A stretch of DNA of 64,000 bases from a virus. The DNA lies in the IMG/VR virus record IMGVR_UViG_3300037294_000176, positions 7,399-71,398 of that record; one strand, given 5' to 3'. Shown one piece after another: positions 37,301-45,823 of this stretch. Position 1 is the stretch's first letter, and every line of letters begins with the position of its first letter. The notes beneath the pieces are model-generated. The model did no database searches, was not told where the DNA came from, and saw only the letters and a list, made by a program, of their open reading frames with translations. The position numbers and the translations under genes are program-made.

Positions 37301-38575
37301 TACGTTGTAGAGTCTATTGATAGCTCTGGCAATCGCTCAGGCTGGTCTCAATATTTTGGACCTGTAGTATCTTCAAAGCTTGTAGATGACGATGTTACGG
37401 CTGGAACCTTGAATGCAGACAGACTAAGGTCTAACACATCTTTACCAGGTTCACTCTTGATTAGTAATCAAGGTTTTGATTTGAACACATTGGGGGGATG
37501 GTCCTCTAACCCTGCTGCTAGAATCAACAACGGACCAACAACCAGAATTGATCCAGGTAAGATACAGATTACCGGTGAATTCAGTCTTGCCAATTGGAAA
37601 GCTGGACCTAATTCCACTGAAATAAATGGCGGAAATATCGCTGCCAGCTCAATTAGGACTCAGTCACTCGATGTTGGGAATAGAGGCATTGAGCAGGTTG
37701 GGCTTGTTTTTGAAGTAGTTTACTCCAACGGCGCGCCTACCAATCAAGTAGTGTGGACTAGTGGGAACTTTATCTACATTGACGATAACGGCAATCCTGC
37801 AGCTCCGCCAGGTGGGGTAAGCGCAGGTACAGCCACATGGGTGGGCGGTGTGCTATACTTTTACTGGCCAAGAGATTCGTCAGCTATCTTAACGACAACT
37901 GCCGCCGGCATTGCATATGGACCAAATAACATTGTATTAGGCACTTACACTGGCGCAATCGGTCTTATCATGACTTATGGTAAAACTAAGGTTTCTGGTG
38001 ATGAGATTACCGTGGATTCATTGCATGGAAATCGTATTAGAGCTAATACAATTCTAGCAGACCGTATAGACACGCGTAATCTCACGATCAAAGACGCCGC
38101 CGGTAACGTTGCATTCAGCGCCTCCGGAGGCTTAGACTTTTCATACTTGAGAAATGTAAATATTGTAAACGCAAACATTCAAAACCTGACCATTGGGACT
38201 GATAAGCTTGCTTTAAACTCTGTCAGTGAGATTGACGCGGCAACATTACCCGCAATGGTAGCAGGTAATGGTGCAAACCAAGATGTTATCAACTACGTTC
38301 TCACAGTGCAAAGGCCGTGTAAGCTGATTGTTATGATAACAGGTGGGCAAAGCTACCTTAGCGGACCAGGTATTTGGAACGTTCAGGCTGTGATCGACAG
38401 TACAGTAATCGGTAACACTGGTGGTGCAGGTGCAATATCTGACACTATCAGTTTGACGAGCTATTGGAACTTTGAAGGTGCCGGAAGTTATACAATCAGG
38501 ATGCGGTGGTTTGGCTATAACAACACGCTCAGACTGGCAAATGCGACAATGGTTGTCATGGCGGTATACAGATGA
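31313..38575 (+). CDS. central tail tip / host-specificity protein (J-like, multi-domain)
   Basis: LPLAYGR, STNPARCLLDYL, FN3-like segments (PGAPTGLTA..IYLKW), three LT(A)xLTNExH repeats. Confidence 0.88.
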   Translation: MAALSTVIAVAAFTISAVSAAYQVVQAKKAASKAEEAAEARRGFELVLEGEASDLPLAYGRNLIGGVRVWHATSTDFRHTTTNADNVFQTGADGVPGRTISYEGWVNIPSPIVNAIMQQFNTDIGALDSGYLSSSQSGTANEYLFFQQALCAGPINGVIDVVVDGSRYLDDPSLGSFGQSESDKRTRVKAAMRVDCHYGNTAVADNIAKNNFAERKDAVFQDMAYASTVVRIDRDDPQFSNVPNLQFIVEGRKVPDVVSGAFVATKSYSTNPARCLLDYLTDTVLGKGISLSEIDLPSFEAGKVVCNTIVQEGVIVGGKYYQPTNKSRNITNINIPLYECNILLDPKKPARDNIESILSTMGDARLVWSAGKYRLNLQYPTVLSSLEIAETLNDDNLVLDQEVQISWPTASERLNNCRVRFSNEFEGFKEDSVSWPPKVTASFAKGVGGTRYPNVTDSFDDARPGGRLLNSLGVWDGTSNTTSLTWLMQVSGDKAGSYTVSYTGDDTSNVTIVETKLPGADVQVFSSSHNDWRSVKTGTITLGQASVTKYYRITANVTNTGGKKGFAIRLENATNVLWTSREPTYSDFVQYDYSSAVYDAMLLEDGNLDLPSEVFAEGVTDPYHALAKAEELVRTSRSAFTITLKYNTTDTLLEPGDFIQLSSETLKLGLDVPLYFRVSSAKLDENRVCEVTASRFELSQLAWNVKDDAYVNVPAIYNNRILEPSELVYNPPVDSNIESSGSLTWGTPPGYEVAGYVVYMHNPMVDGLDSQLQPVYSEVGRSRNTSFELPKINAASALFGVRALGINGRMSVMTTISNTSATRLSHNWLQGLNISSTALGFYRPKTDLVVVPASITLTANAVNIVRPLYTWYVDGVLINGANVHTLVILKPTLSSTNKTYSVVVQASSILGVPEGPTYEASKLLTYIEEGVDAGAIQTSATRNTFTLSSVGELLPSQSSVSVRVMTQNVGGVTWTIKDAAGTALPAGAYLLPNGLTEVSISPSAFMLASGATDGVVITATAIKYGQELFSSVTILKVRNGSEALTAFLTNESHTVPCDSSGNPLSYVGANGQFKVYHGAEDVTNNCTFVRINDYGVNSVINVGGVKGAYLVDVIGVDVGYATFRATYNPGNGAITVDKTFSVVKSKAGFSPPLITLNTDKQTVGYSAAGLLLPSQLVTFTAVRLNSTEAVEWHLRDFNGNFRIGFLSVSGLTATLTAANFEAARNGTAGVIAQVVMGSLSDSSSILRVQDGANALTAYLTNEAHVLPADSAGNVGTYTGASGAFRVYYGTSDVTNACTFEKGAELNVVGAIAPNGGYNVSQMVLAATSGSVKFTASYNPGNGLMTVEKEFSLTKSKSGINAKSLTIASDKQTLRYAADDTPLPLQSVSFSTQLSNISGTVVWTISDFGGNASSGLSVAGGTATLSEANFATARNSTTGVIVKAALTFEGVEYSDQISVIRLRDGTNSLTAFLTNEAHTIPCDSSGTPLSYAGASGQFKVFYGTSDVTNDCTFSRIGDNGARSVVDVNNVKGAYLVDLVSIPVSSATFRATYNVPGVGSINIDRVFSLTKSNAGVNAKSISLTSNRQVITYNATDVIVGGQDTTFTVQKSNTTDAVTWYMEDFAGAEVGGQLQVNGDTATLSGAQFDVSRRGTSGVIVRASVVGAGSDSISIVKVRDGTIGTNGLAAISVTKSKSTIAIPADTNGLNAVFTSSGYDLVVREGSEIIKFSTGVNTATVVPGYWFLNGYYGFNEVDVPADRFVDTGDALSVGNLAAMPGNVGRLNIGIYGKRFDGTPFYVESLQTYTKVLGGYIDFTPPSVPIFTGDPTYAVITLASGNTVVNATVAWTTPANGAADLDYYELGVKLTTSATYSYVQTSANSHTFPILPNRTYDYSVRAIDKNQNKSGFGYLYSRTSGRDESIPGAPTGLTATSSIRNIYLKWTNTLSDDLAKVEVREAVRPIGAVYDIPYNLIATVNGSPGQTGGYTRGSIDPAMEYYYVVESIDSSGNRSGWSQYFGPVVSSKLVDDDVTAGTLNADRLRSNTSLPGSLLISNQGFDLNTLGGWSSNPAARINNGPTTRIDPGKIQITGEFSLANWKAGPNSTEINGGNIAASSIRTQSLDVGNRGIEQVGLVFEVVYSNGAPTNQVVWTSGNFIYIDDNGNPAAPPGGVSAGTATWVGGVLYFYWPRDSSAILTTTAAGIAYGPNNIVLGTYTGAIGLIMTYGKTKVSGDEITVDSLHGNRIRANTILADRIDTRNLTIKDAAGNVAFSASGGLDFSYLRNVNIVNANIQNLTIGTDKLALNSVSEIDAATLPAMVAGNGANQDVINYVLTVQRPCKLIVMITGGQSYLSGPGIWNVQAVIDSTVIGNTGGAGAISDTISLTSYWNFEGAGSYTIRMRWFGYNNTLRLANATMVVMAVYR

Positions 38576-38913
38576 TATACGCAATCGGTATACCTGGACA
38601 AACGCCTAGACTCTACGTAAACAGTCCAAAACTCGCTAATATCTTGCAACAAGTGCAAGCGGGTGAGACTGCGCTTCAAATTTTTGGAATACCAACGCCT
38701 AGGGCCGTTACAGACATCGCAAGCGCAAGAGCGTTAATAGCGTCTGATGCTAACGATGCTCAAAACCCTTCTGCAGACTTGACTATTGCGGAAAGAGACG
38801 CATGGACAAACTATAGCAGCAGCGTTCAATCGACGGACCCTAACGCTAGCGGTGGTTGGGGAAATTCTCCAGCCTACGTCCAAGCACTTGAGGTGTCCCC
38901 TGAAAACCCGTAA
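38572..38913 (+). CDS. putative tail assembly chaperone
   Basis: Coupled to the tail tip gene; ERDAWTNY motif resembling fibre chaperones. Confidence 0.55.
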   Translation: MIYAIGIPGQTPRLYVNSPKLANILQQVQAGETALQIFGIPTPRAVTDIASARALIASDANDAQNPSADLTIAERDAWTNYSSSVQSTDPNASGGWGNSPAYVQALEVSPENP

Positions 38914-39063
38914 TCTCCCAGTGAAGGTTTGTCCAGGACAAGCAACTTGAGCGAGGCGAGGGGACGATCATCGACGCAACTCGGAGGTCGTCCCTGGACC
39001 GCGCTATTTCGTGTTGGTAAAGAGAATAACGCTGCTAAAGTATCGGGCATAACTGTTACGCAG

Positions 39064-39081
39064 ACCCCGTTGACTTAACCC
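39064..39081 (+). promoter_or_regulatory. motif A copy 2, upstream of the lysis genes
   Basis: accccgttgacttaaccc. Confidence 0.7.
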
Positions 39082-39162
39082 CTTTAGACGCCCTCCCTTA
39101 CTAAGGCGATAGACGAACCTACTAAGCGTAAAGTTCTTCTCATTACCACCTAAAGGAAATTC

Positions 39163-39699
39163 ATGATAAATGTAATTGTAGCAGGTCTAGCCAAGAAGGG
39201 TCTAGACTTGATTGCTGGAGCGGTTGCGAAAAAAGGCACTGACTTCATTAAAGAAAAGACAGGTATTGACCTCTCGTCCGTTCGTAGCGAAGATGACATT
39301 GGGGACCAAGAAATTGAGCTTCTGAGAGAATACCAAGAAACTAACAGAGCAGAAATCTTAGCCTACCTTACCGAGAGAGACAAGACTGCTCTCGCAAGAA
39401 CAAAGCTGACATTTGACGACACTGTCAACGCAAGAGAGATGCAAGTCTCTACGATGAAATCAAATAAAGTAGCTGGGATGTTTGTTTATATTCTTTCTAG
39501 CTACTTAATGATTGTATCTACTGCGTACATCGCGTTTATTACTTTTGGCACTATTCCTCCACAGAACGTTCGCTTTGCAGACGTCATTCTGGGCTTTGTT
39601 ATGGGTACAATTGTTAGTGCTATTCTTAACTTTTATTTCGGGTCGTCTAGATCTTCGCAAGCCAAAGACGATACAATCTCGAGGGCATTAAATGGTTGA
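39163..39699 (+). CDS. holin-like membrane protein
   Basis: Two C-terminal transmembrane helices ending ILNFYFGSS..S..KD; directly upstream of the endolysin. Confidence 0.75.
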   Translation: MINVIVAGLAKKGLDLIAGAVAKKGTDFIKEKTGIDLSSVRSEDDIGDQEIELLREYQETNRAEILAYLTERDKTALARTKLTFDDTVNAREMQVSTMKSNKVAGMFVYILSSYLMIVSTAYIAFITFGTIPPQNVRFADVILGFVMGTIVSAILNFYFGSSRSSQAKDDTISRALNG

Positions 39700-40327
39700 G
39701 CGCCTCCACAACTATGACTACGACGAGAGCAACCTCTTTGTCATCATTCGGCAGCTACTAGGTCGTGGCCTTACCCCTTCTGAAGTAAGACAGATTCAGT
39801 CAGCAAGACTTAAAGAAGTTGTCACGGCCTCTGTGGTTGCTGGTATTCAACCTTCGATGCGTATCATCAAGTTCCTACACGAGTTTGAGAGTCTGAGACT
39901 CACTCCTTATAAAGATCCGGGTTCAATTAACGGGCTTCCTATTACGTGTGGGTGGGGTTCTACGACTCACCTAGACGGTCGTAAAATTCAGCTGGGTGAA
40001 GTTGCCTGGACGAAAGACTACGCAGATAAAGTTTTTGAAAAAGATTTAAAGGTATTTACAGCTGGTGTAAATTTCCTTATTGGAAAGTCGCCTACTACAC
40101 AAAATCAGTTTGACGCGATGTTTAGCTTCGCTTACAATTGCGGTCTAGATATTGATGAAGATACTAAGGCTGAAGGTCTTGGTGACAGTACGTTGCTTCG
40201 TAAGCACCTCGCAAGAGATTACGCAGGAGCACAAGCCCAGTTTAAAAGCTGGAACAAAAATGATGGTAAGGTCCTAGCTGGTCTTACCCGTCGTCGTGAA
40301 GCAGAAGCCGTAATCTACGGTTCCTGA
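39692..40327 (+). CDS. endolysin, GH24 phage lysozyme
   Basis: FES(L)RLTPYKD...TCGWGST, QNQFDAMFSFAYN, STLLRK, GLTRRREAE. Confidence 0.92.
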   Translation: MVERLHNYDYDESNLFVIIRQLLGRGLTPSEVRQIQSARLKEVVTASVVAGIQPSMRIIKFLHEFESLRLTPYKDPGSINGLPITCGWGSTTHLDGRKIQLGEVAWTKDYADKVFEKDLKVFTAGVNFLIGKSPTTQNQFDAMFSFAYNCGLDIDEDTKAEGLGDSTLLRKHLARDYAGAQAQFKSWNKNDGKVLAGLTRRREAEAVIYGS

Positions 40328-40331
40328 TCAC

Positions 40332-40361
40332 AAGGCCTGAGACATGCCTTTAAACTGTCTC
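40332..40361 (+). ncRNA. H-type pseudoknot repeat copy 1
   Basis: AAGGC-CT-GAGACA-T-GCCTT-TAAAC-TGTCTC. Confidence 0.7.
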
Positions 40362-40369
40362 TTTTAATT

Positions 40370-40395
40370 TGCGGGAAACGAGGTATCTTATATGA
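40370..40395 (+). promoter_or_regulatory. motif B (TGCG-N8-GGTAYCTTATATGA) copy 1, putative early promoter
   Basis: tgcg-ggaaacga-ggtatcttatatga; second copy at 61669. Confidence 0.6.
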
Positions 40396-40415
40396 AACCT
40401 CAGAAAGGATATCCA

Positions 40416-40778
40416 ATGGTTTACAATGCTATACAGTCACCTGTAACCGCAACTCTAATTGACGCTAGAAAGCTTCTATCTAATGGTTGGACTAAGTACA
40501 CGCATGCGGTTAACCAAGAAGGTGAATCCGTGCCTGTCGACGCTGAAGATGCTTGTAGCTTTTGTATCACAGGGGCTATTAAAAGGAGCTCTCTCGCAAG
40601 TGTCGCTTTTGGCTATGATGCGGGAGTCGCTGCAAGAACCGCCGTGAGATCTGTACTCTATCAAAACCTAGGCAATCCTAGTATTGTGGAGTTTAACGAT
40701 TCAGAGTTAACCACGAAGAACGGGGTACTAAACGTTATCTCTGCTGCAATTGCGCTGAGTAAAAAGGAAACAACATGA
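40416..40778 (+). CDS. DUF6197-like hypothetical protein
   Basis: ATG at 40416 after AAAGGA; GWT...FCITGAI...FND..T pattern. Confidence 0.65.
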   Translation: MVYNAIQSPVTATLIDARKLLSNGWTKYTHAVNQEGESVPVDAEDACSFCITGAIKRSSLASVAFGYDAGVAARTAVRSVLYQNLGNPSIVEFNDSELTTKNGVLNVISAAIALSKKETT

Positions 40779-41021
40779 TTGTGTTCATCGCGTACAGTGT
40801 AATTGCTACGCTAGTGTTGAAGGCTATGAAATGAGCAGAACTAGGCTTATAAAGAGAGCTCCGTGAAGTCAAAAAATATGTTAAGCTCAGCTGAGCTAAA
40901 GCTGCAAATGGTAAGCCTGCTTCGCCAACAAGTCTGACTGCTACTACGACTACATCTTTCAAGGAAAGAAAGATTCAGACCTCGTTTCTAGAGACTTAAC
41001 CCAGTAACCACAGGAAAACAG

Positions 41022-41378
41022 ATGATCAGCCTCCTACTCGCAGCAATGCTAGACTTCACTTCAGTTACTAGTAAGTGCGCCGTACAGTTGGATGAAGTTA
41101 GGGTTGGCCCTATTGACTGCCGAGTTGCTTCTTATAAACTCGGCGACCAGCGACACGTGGTATTCAATGTAAGCGGTATCGAGTATTCGTTTACAGGTGT
41201 TGACTTCATTGGTGATACAATGAGCGTTAGTCACATCAGTATCACAACAAACGGTCGCACCTCAACAACACGTGCAGCTAGAAGATCTTTCTGCAAGCTT
41301 GAAACAGGCTTTGTCAGCTGCTCAGCAAAAGGACGTGACGTTAGTTTCTCGCTTGATACAATGGCAACACGTGAGTAA
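41022..41378 (+). CDS. hypothetical protein with hydrophobic N-terminus
   Basis: AGGA RBS; signal-peptide-like start; four Cys. Confidence 0.6.
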   Translation: MISLLLAAMLDFTSVTSKCAVQLDEVRVGPIDCRVASYKLGDQRHVVFNVSGIEYSFTGVDFIGDTMSVSHISITTNGRTSTTRAARRSFCKLETGFVSCSAKGRDVSFSLDTMATRE

Positions 41379-41646
41379 ACCTCAGATATGGGAAGTCGGT
41401 GAAGAAGTAGTTTACATCGGCCACGCTAAAGTTCCCTTTGTCTTCAGCACTGGGTCAAAACACAGGATAACGAGGACTGAGAGTCCTCTTACATGTTGTG
41501 TCCACGGGCCTTCACAGGGTGTACAAGTAGACACATTCCACGCTGTGTTGACCAATAACATGTTTCTTTGTGCCCACTCGTTCCGAAAGCCCATTAATTT
41601 CAAAGAGCTCTTGAATGTAGAAGAAAGAGCGCTTGAATCAATCTAA
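41272..41646 (+). CDS. hypothetical protein (true start probably GTG ~41371)
   Basis: ORF fills the gap between neighbours; start uncertain. Confidence 0.5.
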   Translation: MQLEDLSASLKQALSAAQQKDVTLVSRLIQWQHVSKPQIWEVGEEVVYIGHAKVPFVFSTGSKHRITRTESPLTCCVHGPSQGVQVDTFHAVLTNNMFLCAHSFRKPINFKELLNVEERALESI

Positions 41647-41655
41647 GAGGAAGAT

Positions 41656-42306
41656 ATGAATAAGTTAGCCGCAGAGATTGGAGTGTACAAGATGTCAGTC
41701 AGAGACACTGACAAGGCAATCGTTATTTTTAGATTTCCTCAAAACAAGTACGCTACGTTCTGTGAGGGTCTCCAAATACCAAAGAACAAAAACACACGTT
41801 TCAAGCTGACAGTGTACACAGAAAAGGAAATGACTTACGCGGTAGTGACGCCCTTCGAATTCGGAGCTAAGCTCCTTGAGCGGGATTCTCGTCACTATGA
41901 CATTATGTTTAGCACAGCAGATGCAGTAGACGTAGGTAAGTTCTGCAGCTTTACAAAAGCGTCTAACTTAGCGTTCAGAAATGGCGTTTTGTATTTCCAG
42001 CTAAGTTCAATGCGGAAGCCAGTCAGAAGAGCTAAGAACAGCATAAGCGTTGCACCGCTCGACAAATCTAAGCCACCAAAGAGAACAGTCTCCCTTAGAG
42101 AGCAAAGACGCACTTGCACTTTATCTTACAGTGAGGTGCTAAAAGTGTATGAGAAAGTGCCTAGCCGACTTACGAGAGAAGCCTGGGAGTTACTCTCTAC
42201 CGTGGGTCTAGGTAGCTGCCTTTTGGAAGAAAAGCAAGTAGAGTACCAAGCTGCCATCCTTGAGTTGCATTCCGCGCTCAAGCATCAAAGGATACTAGTC
42301 AAATGA
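41656..42306 (+). CDS. hypothetical protein
   Basis: GAGGA RBS, 216 aa, basic. Confidence 0.65.
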   Translation: MNKLAAEIGVYKMSVRDTDKAIVIFRFPQNKYATFCEGLQIPKNKNTRFKLTVYTEKEMTYAVVTPFEFGAKLLERDSRHYDIMFSTADAVDVGKFCSFTKASNLAFRNGVLYFQLSSMRKPVRRAKNSISVAPLDKSKPPKRTVSLREQRRTCTLSYSEVLKVYEKVPSRLTREAWELLSTVGLGSCLLEEKQVEYQAAILELHSALKHQRILVK

Positions 42307-42542
42307 ACTATCTAGTCTTTGCAATTCTGTTTCGCATCTCACTTTTTACGAAGGGGTGCCACGTGCGTGTGTTGAGCGCCAAGTTCAATTTTTACAACGA
42401 AATGTCTGACTTGCTTCTTGCCAAAGGTAGCAGGAAAGCTTTCAAGTGGTTTGATCGTAAAGCACAAAAGGCAGCTCAACGCTGCTATGAGCTTGAAGCA
42501 GACATGAATACGCTAAACATGCTGTTGGAAACACTCGTCTAA
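42303..42542 (+). CDS. hypothetical protein
   Basis: ATGA overlap with the previous gene. Confidence 0.55.
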   Translation: MNYLVFAILFRISLFTKGCHVRVLSAKFNFYNEMSDLLLAKGSRKAFKWFDRKAQKAAQRCYELEADMNTLNMLLETLV

Positions 42543-42572
42543 TTGTAGCTACCTAAACCCAAGAGGAATTAA

Positions 42573-42704
42573 ATGGTCTACGTTATCAGTGCACTGGCGC
42601 TCCTTGGCGCTTTCTCACTCATCAAGTTTGTGCTTCTTCTTGTAGTTCTCGTAGCTACTGAGATGAGAGCACAACGACACAAGAAAGCACTTTCAAATGA
42701 CTGA
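42573..42704 (+). CDS. small membrane protein (43 aa, not in ORF track)
   Basis: GAGGA RBS; MVYVISALALLGAFSLIKFVLLLVVLVA... Confidence 0.55.
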   Translation: MVYVISALALLGAFSLIKFVLLLVVLVATEMRAQRHKKALSND

Positions 42705-42936
42705 GCTAAACCTCAACAATGTCGTCAAATTCAAAATGACGGCTACCGGTATGCAAATGCTGAAAGAGCAGCACGAGCTGCTTTATGGCACTCGTAAGCC
42801 GTTTAAACAACCCTTAGCGGACGCTGACGGTTGTAATACTATGGCACTGTGGGACCTGATGAACACTTTTGGATCAAAGATGTTTATTGGTAACGCCAAC
42901 TTGCCGATCGAAACTAGACTCACCGTGGTCAAGTAA
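42697..42936 (+). CDS. hypothetical phage protein
   Basis: LNLNNVVKFKMT..G...LWDLMNTFG pattern. Confidence 0.65.
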   Translation: MTELNLNNVVKFKMTATGMQMLKEQHELLYGTRKPFKQPLADADGCNTMALWDLMNTFGSKMFIGNANLPIETRLTVVK

Positions 42937-42959
42937 GACCTCATCAAAGGAATATCCTA

Positions 42960-43250
42960 ATGCAAAAGCCAACTTTTACTAAGCCAGTCGTTCAAGAAAC
43001 CGAAGATAATCAGGTTACTATCTTGAGCAAAGCAGGTATGCTTTCCCTGACAATCATCTCTGTTGTCTTCTTCGTCATCATGTCGATGAAGGTTCCAGGG
43101 TTCTTCGGCTTTGTTAAAATCTCTGGAGACGTGATCGCAAATTATAAGATCGCATTTATTGTGCTAACGTTGGTCCTATGGATTGGCTTCAACGCCAAAA
43201 AGCAGCCAACTCGTACTAAGCCGTCCGTTCGGTATACCGAGAAGACTTAA
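42960..43250 (+). CDS. two-helix membrane protein
   Basis: AAGGA RBS; two hydrophobic segments. Confidence 0.65.
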   Translation: MQKPTFTKPVVQETEDNQVTILSKAGMLSLTIISVVFFVIMSMKVPGFFGFVKISGDVIANYKIAFIVLTLVLWIGFNAKKQPTRTKPSVRYTEKT

Positions 43251-43255
43251 CCACA

Positions 43256-43332
43256 CGACCTGAACATGTCGCTAAACTGTTTTCACATGAAGTTTAAAAC
43301 CCCTCCGACCTGAACATGTCGTTAAACTGTTC
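43256..43332 (+). ncRNA. H-type pseudoknot repeat copies 2 and 3 (43256-43282, 43306-43332)
   Basis: CGAC-CT-GAACA-T-GTCG-YTAAAC-TGTTY in tandem. Confidence 0.7.
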
Positions 43333-43388
43333 ACGGCCTTTTATTTTTCTTTGTCAAGTGATATACATCATCACTCAGTAAAAACAAA

Positions 43389-43550
43389 ATGAAAGACCCT
43401 GCTATGACGCGAAGAACGAAAGTTAGCCCTTGGTTGCAAGTTGCATTTCTATTCCTTGCATTTTGCTTAATAATCAAGAGTATCGCAGTAGCAGGTGTAT
43501 TTATAGCCGCTTACCTGGTGTTGGTATACGGTAAGAAATTTTTCAGATAG
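43389..43550 (+). CDS. small membrane protein (53 aa, not in ORF track)
   Basis: ATG...TAG in frame, hydrophobic core. Confidence 0.45.
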   Translation: MKDPAMTRRTKVSPWLQVAFLFLAFCLIIKSIAVAGVFIAAYLVLVYGKKFFR

Positions 43551-43563
43551 CAAAGGCGAACTG

Positions 43564-45816
43564 ATGAAAGCAGCGTTACGAGACTCTTTTATAGAAAGGC
43601 TGCACAAGGAGCTTGCCCCTCAAAACCCTGTAGTGTACTTGAAAAAATTTGCTGTAGAAGAATATCTTGACATTGTGATATCGATTGTCTACTTGTATAC
43701 ACGCCCTAAACGTGGTACAACAAAAACAACGATATACATGGCTGAGGTGATATCCGCAATAGGTCACGCTGTTCGAACAAAACTGCGTCAGAAGAAAGAC
43801 TCCGGTCTTGCAGCAAAAAGTGGAGCTTTCCTTCTATACACGTTTGAGCAGTTTGGGTTAATTCAAATTGTGCTCGGTCAAGGCTCTAAAGGCCACGCAG
43901 CGTACATAGTCCAAGTCTTAGATGACGATCTTATCTGCGAGCTATGGTCTAACGTTGACCCTAGCAAAGTTGAAAAATTACCCTCTACCACTCCTTACGA
44001 GCCCTGGACAAGCACCCGTCATTTTACTGGTGCGGGTCTGATCAAGACAAATAATCGAGACGTGCTAGAAGCTGTGAAACCTGAAACGCATCCTATTGTG
44101 TTTGACTGTGTAAACAAAGCGCAAACTCAAGGTTGGCAAGTCAACGAAGAACTCTATCGAATTCACTTGTGGGCTCTTCGTAATAAGACAGACGCGTTTG
44201 CAGACATCTGGGAACAACAGAACGCAGAGGCAAGAATCACTAAACTCCGAGAGGCAAAAGCAATCGGGGATATTGCAAGAAGATTCTTAGGAAAGACCTT
44301 TTACCACCTTTACTATTTTGACTTCAGAGGTCGTAAGTATCCTACAACAGCCTACCTCCACGAGCAAGGTTCAGACCTAGCAAGAGGTCTTCTTCTTCGT
44401 TCTGATAAAAAGTCAATTGGGCAACCAGGTTTCTTCTGGTTGTTAGTGTCAATTGCTTCTAACTGGGCTGGAGATGCAGGTAGAGAAGACGGGCTAAAGA
44501 CAGACAAAATCCCTTTAGCCGACAGATTTCTTTGGGCGATGGACAACGAAGAAATTCTCCTTGACTACGCTGCAAATCCTAAAGTCTCTCAAGGCTGGAT
44601 GAAAGCAGACAAGCCCTGGCAGTTTCTTGCAGCTTGTCTAGAACTCAAGAATCTACGTGAGTGGCAGTTCACCTACGGAGATAGGACAGAGAATATCTTT
44701 GAAGACTATTCTTACGAGTCTCATCTGGAAGCTTACATTGATGGTTCCAATAACGGTAGTCAACACCTGTCTGCTTTGACTAAGGACGAAATCACTGCTC
44801 CGCACGTAAACCTTGTACCTCAAGATCTTCCTGGTGACCTTTACAGGTACGTAGCCGATCACGTCTGGTTGCGCCTTGAAGAGCAAATGGCTGAGTTAGG
44901 ACAAGAAGCGATTGAAGACTGTAACAAGTTTATCGACACGTTGATAGACTTGAAACGTCAGATCATGGCTGCTCAGCCCAAAAGTGAGATACGAGAGCGA
45001 CTAGTAGAGCAGATTAAAGCGTTCAAGGACAATAACAGTGAAGTTGCTTCAATCGCAGGTCCCGTTTACTGGCTTAGAATTAGAGATCAGAAACACCGTC
45101 GCAAGATCGTGAAGCGCAATGTTATGACATTGCCGTATGGTGGCACTGCGTATGGCCTAGGGCAGCAACAGATTGACGATGCTAAGAAGCATGGCATTGA
45201 TCAACTGATGTATTTAGAACACAAGTGGGGCTCATTCCTCGGTCGAGAGATATTCGATGACTGTAGAATATCGTTAGCTAGACCAATGCGACTGCTTACT
45301 GTGTTTGAAAGTGCAGGCAAGCGTGCAGAACAGCGTGGAGAGTTCCTAAAATGGACTGTCCCTATTACTAACTTTCCTGTGGTTCAACACTATACAGAAG
45401 GTGTAGTGAAAAAGCTGTGGATTCAGTACGGGCCTCCAAAGGGCGATCGTAAAAGTACAGGCTACTACGAGAACACTTTACAGTTAGCAATCTGCTTTAT
45501 TGAAACAGTGGTCCCGTCTAAGAACAAGCAAGCCCAAGGTGCAAGCCCTAACGCTATTCACAGCCTTGATGCTGGACATTTAGCAATTGCAGTTCACAGA
45601 TCTGACTTCTCCGTTACAACCATCCATGACTCTTTTGGTTGTCTTCTTGCCGATATGCCTGAGCTCTTTATTAAAGTTCGTGAGACGTTTGTTGAGTTGT
45701 ACTCAGCTGATCCTCTCACTTCCCTAATGAAAGATATTGATGGTGATATCAGTCTTGTTGAGATTGGCAATCTTGACGTAACCCTGGTGCTCGAATCCGA
45801 GTACTGTTTCGCATAG
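43564..45816 (+). CDS. T7-like single-subunit DNA-dependent RNA polymerase
   Basis: FDFRGRKY, KPWQFLA, motif A DGSNNGSQH, motif B RKIVKRNVMTLPYG, SPNAIHSLDA, motif C IHDSFG. Confidence 0.96.
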   Translation: MKAALRDSFIERLHKELAPQNPVVYLKKFAVEEYLDIVISIVYLYTRPKRGTTKTTIYMAEVISAIGHAVRTKLRQKKDSGLAAKSGAFLLYTFEQFGLIQIVLGQGSKGHAAYIVQVLDDDLICELWSNVDPSKVEKLPSTTPYEPWTSTRHFTGAGLIKTNNRDVLEAVKPETHPIVFDCVNKAQTQGWQVNEELYRIHLWALRNKTDAFADIWEQQNAEARITKLREAKAIGDIARRFLGKTFYHLYYFDFRGRKYPTTAYLHEQGSDLARGLLLRSDKKSIGQPGFFWLLVSIASNWAGDAGREDGLKTDKIPLADRFLWAMDNEEILLDYAANPKVSQGWMKADKPWQFLAACLELKNLREWQFTYGDRTENIFEDYSYESHLEAYIDGSNNGSQHLSALTKDEITAPHVNLVPQDLPGDLYRYVADHVWLRLEEQMAELGQEAIEDCNKFIDTLIDLKRQIMAAQPKSEIRERLVEQIKAFKDNNSEVASIAGPVYWLRIRDQKHRRKIVKRNVMTLPYGGTAYGLGQQQIDDAKKHGIDQLMYLEHKWGSFLGREIFDDCRISLARPMRLLTVFESAGKRAEQRGEFLKWTVPITNFPVVQHYTEGVVKKLWIQYGPPKGDRKSTGYYENTLQLAICFIETVVPSKNKQAQGASPNAIHSLDAGHLAIAVHRSDFSVTTIHDSFGCLLADMPELFIKVRETFVELYSADPLTSLMKDIDGDISLVEIGNLDVTLVLESEYCFA

Positions 45817-45823
45817 GTGTCTA

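Noticed and set aside
39163-40327. Spanin genes near the lysis cassette
   Set aside because: No lipobox-bearing or nested Rz/Rz1-like ORFs recognised here; they may lie outside the window
40779-41021. Gap with short broken reading frames and a partial motif A (GACTTAACCC at ~40993)
   Set aside because: No convincing ORF, and the motif lacks its CCCGTT half; may be a decayed gene
43256-43332. Tandem repeat resembling a mini-CRISPR (repeat-spacer-repeat)
   Set aside because: Only two units, no cas genes, and dispersed covarying copies indicate an RNA pseudoknot family
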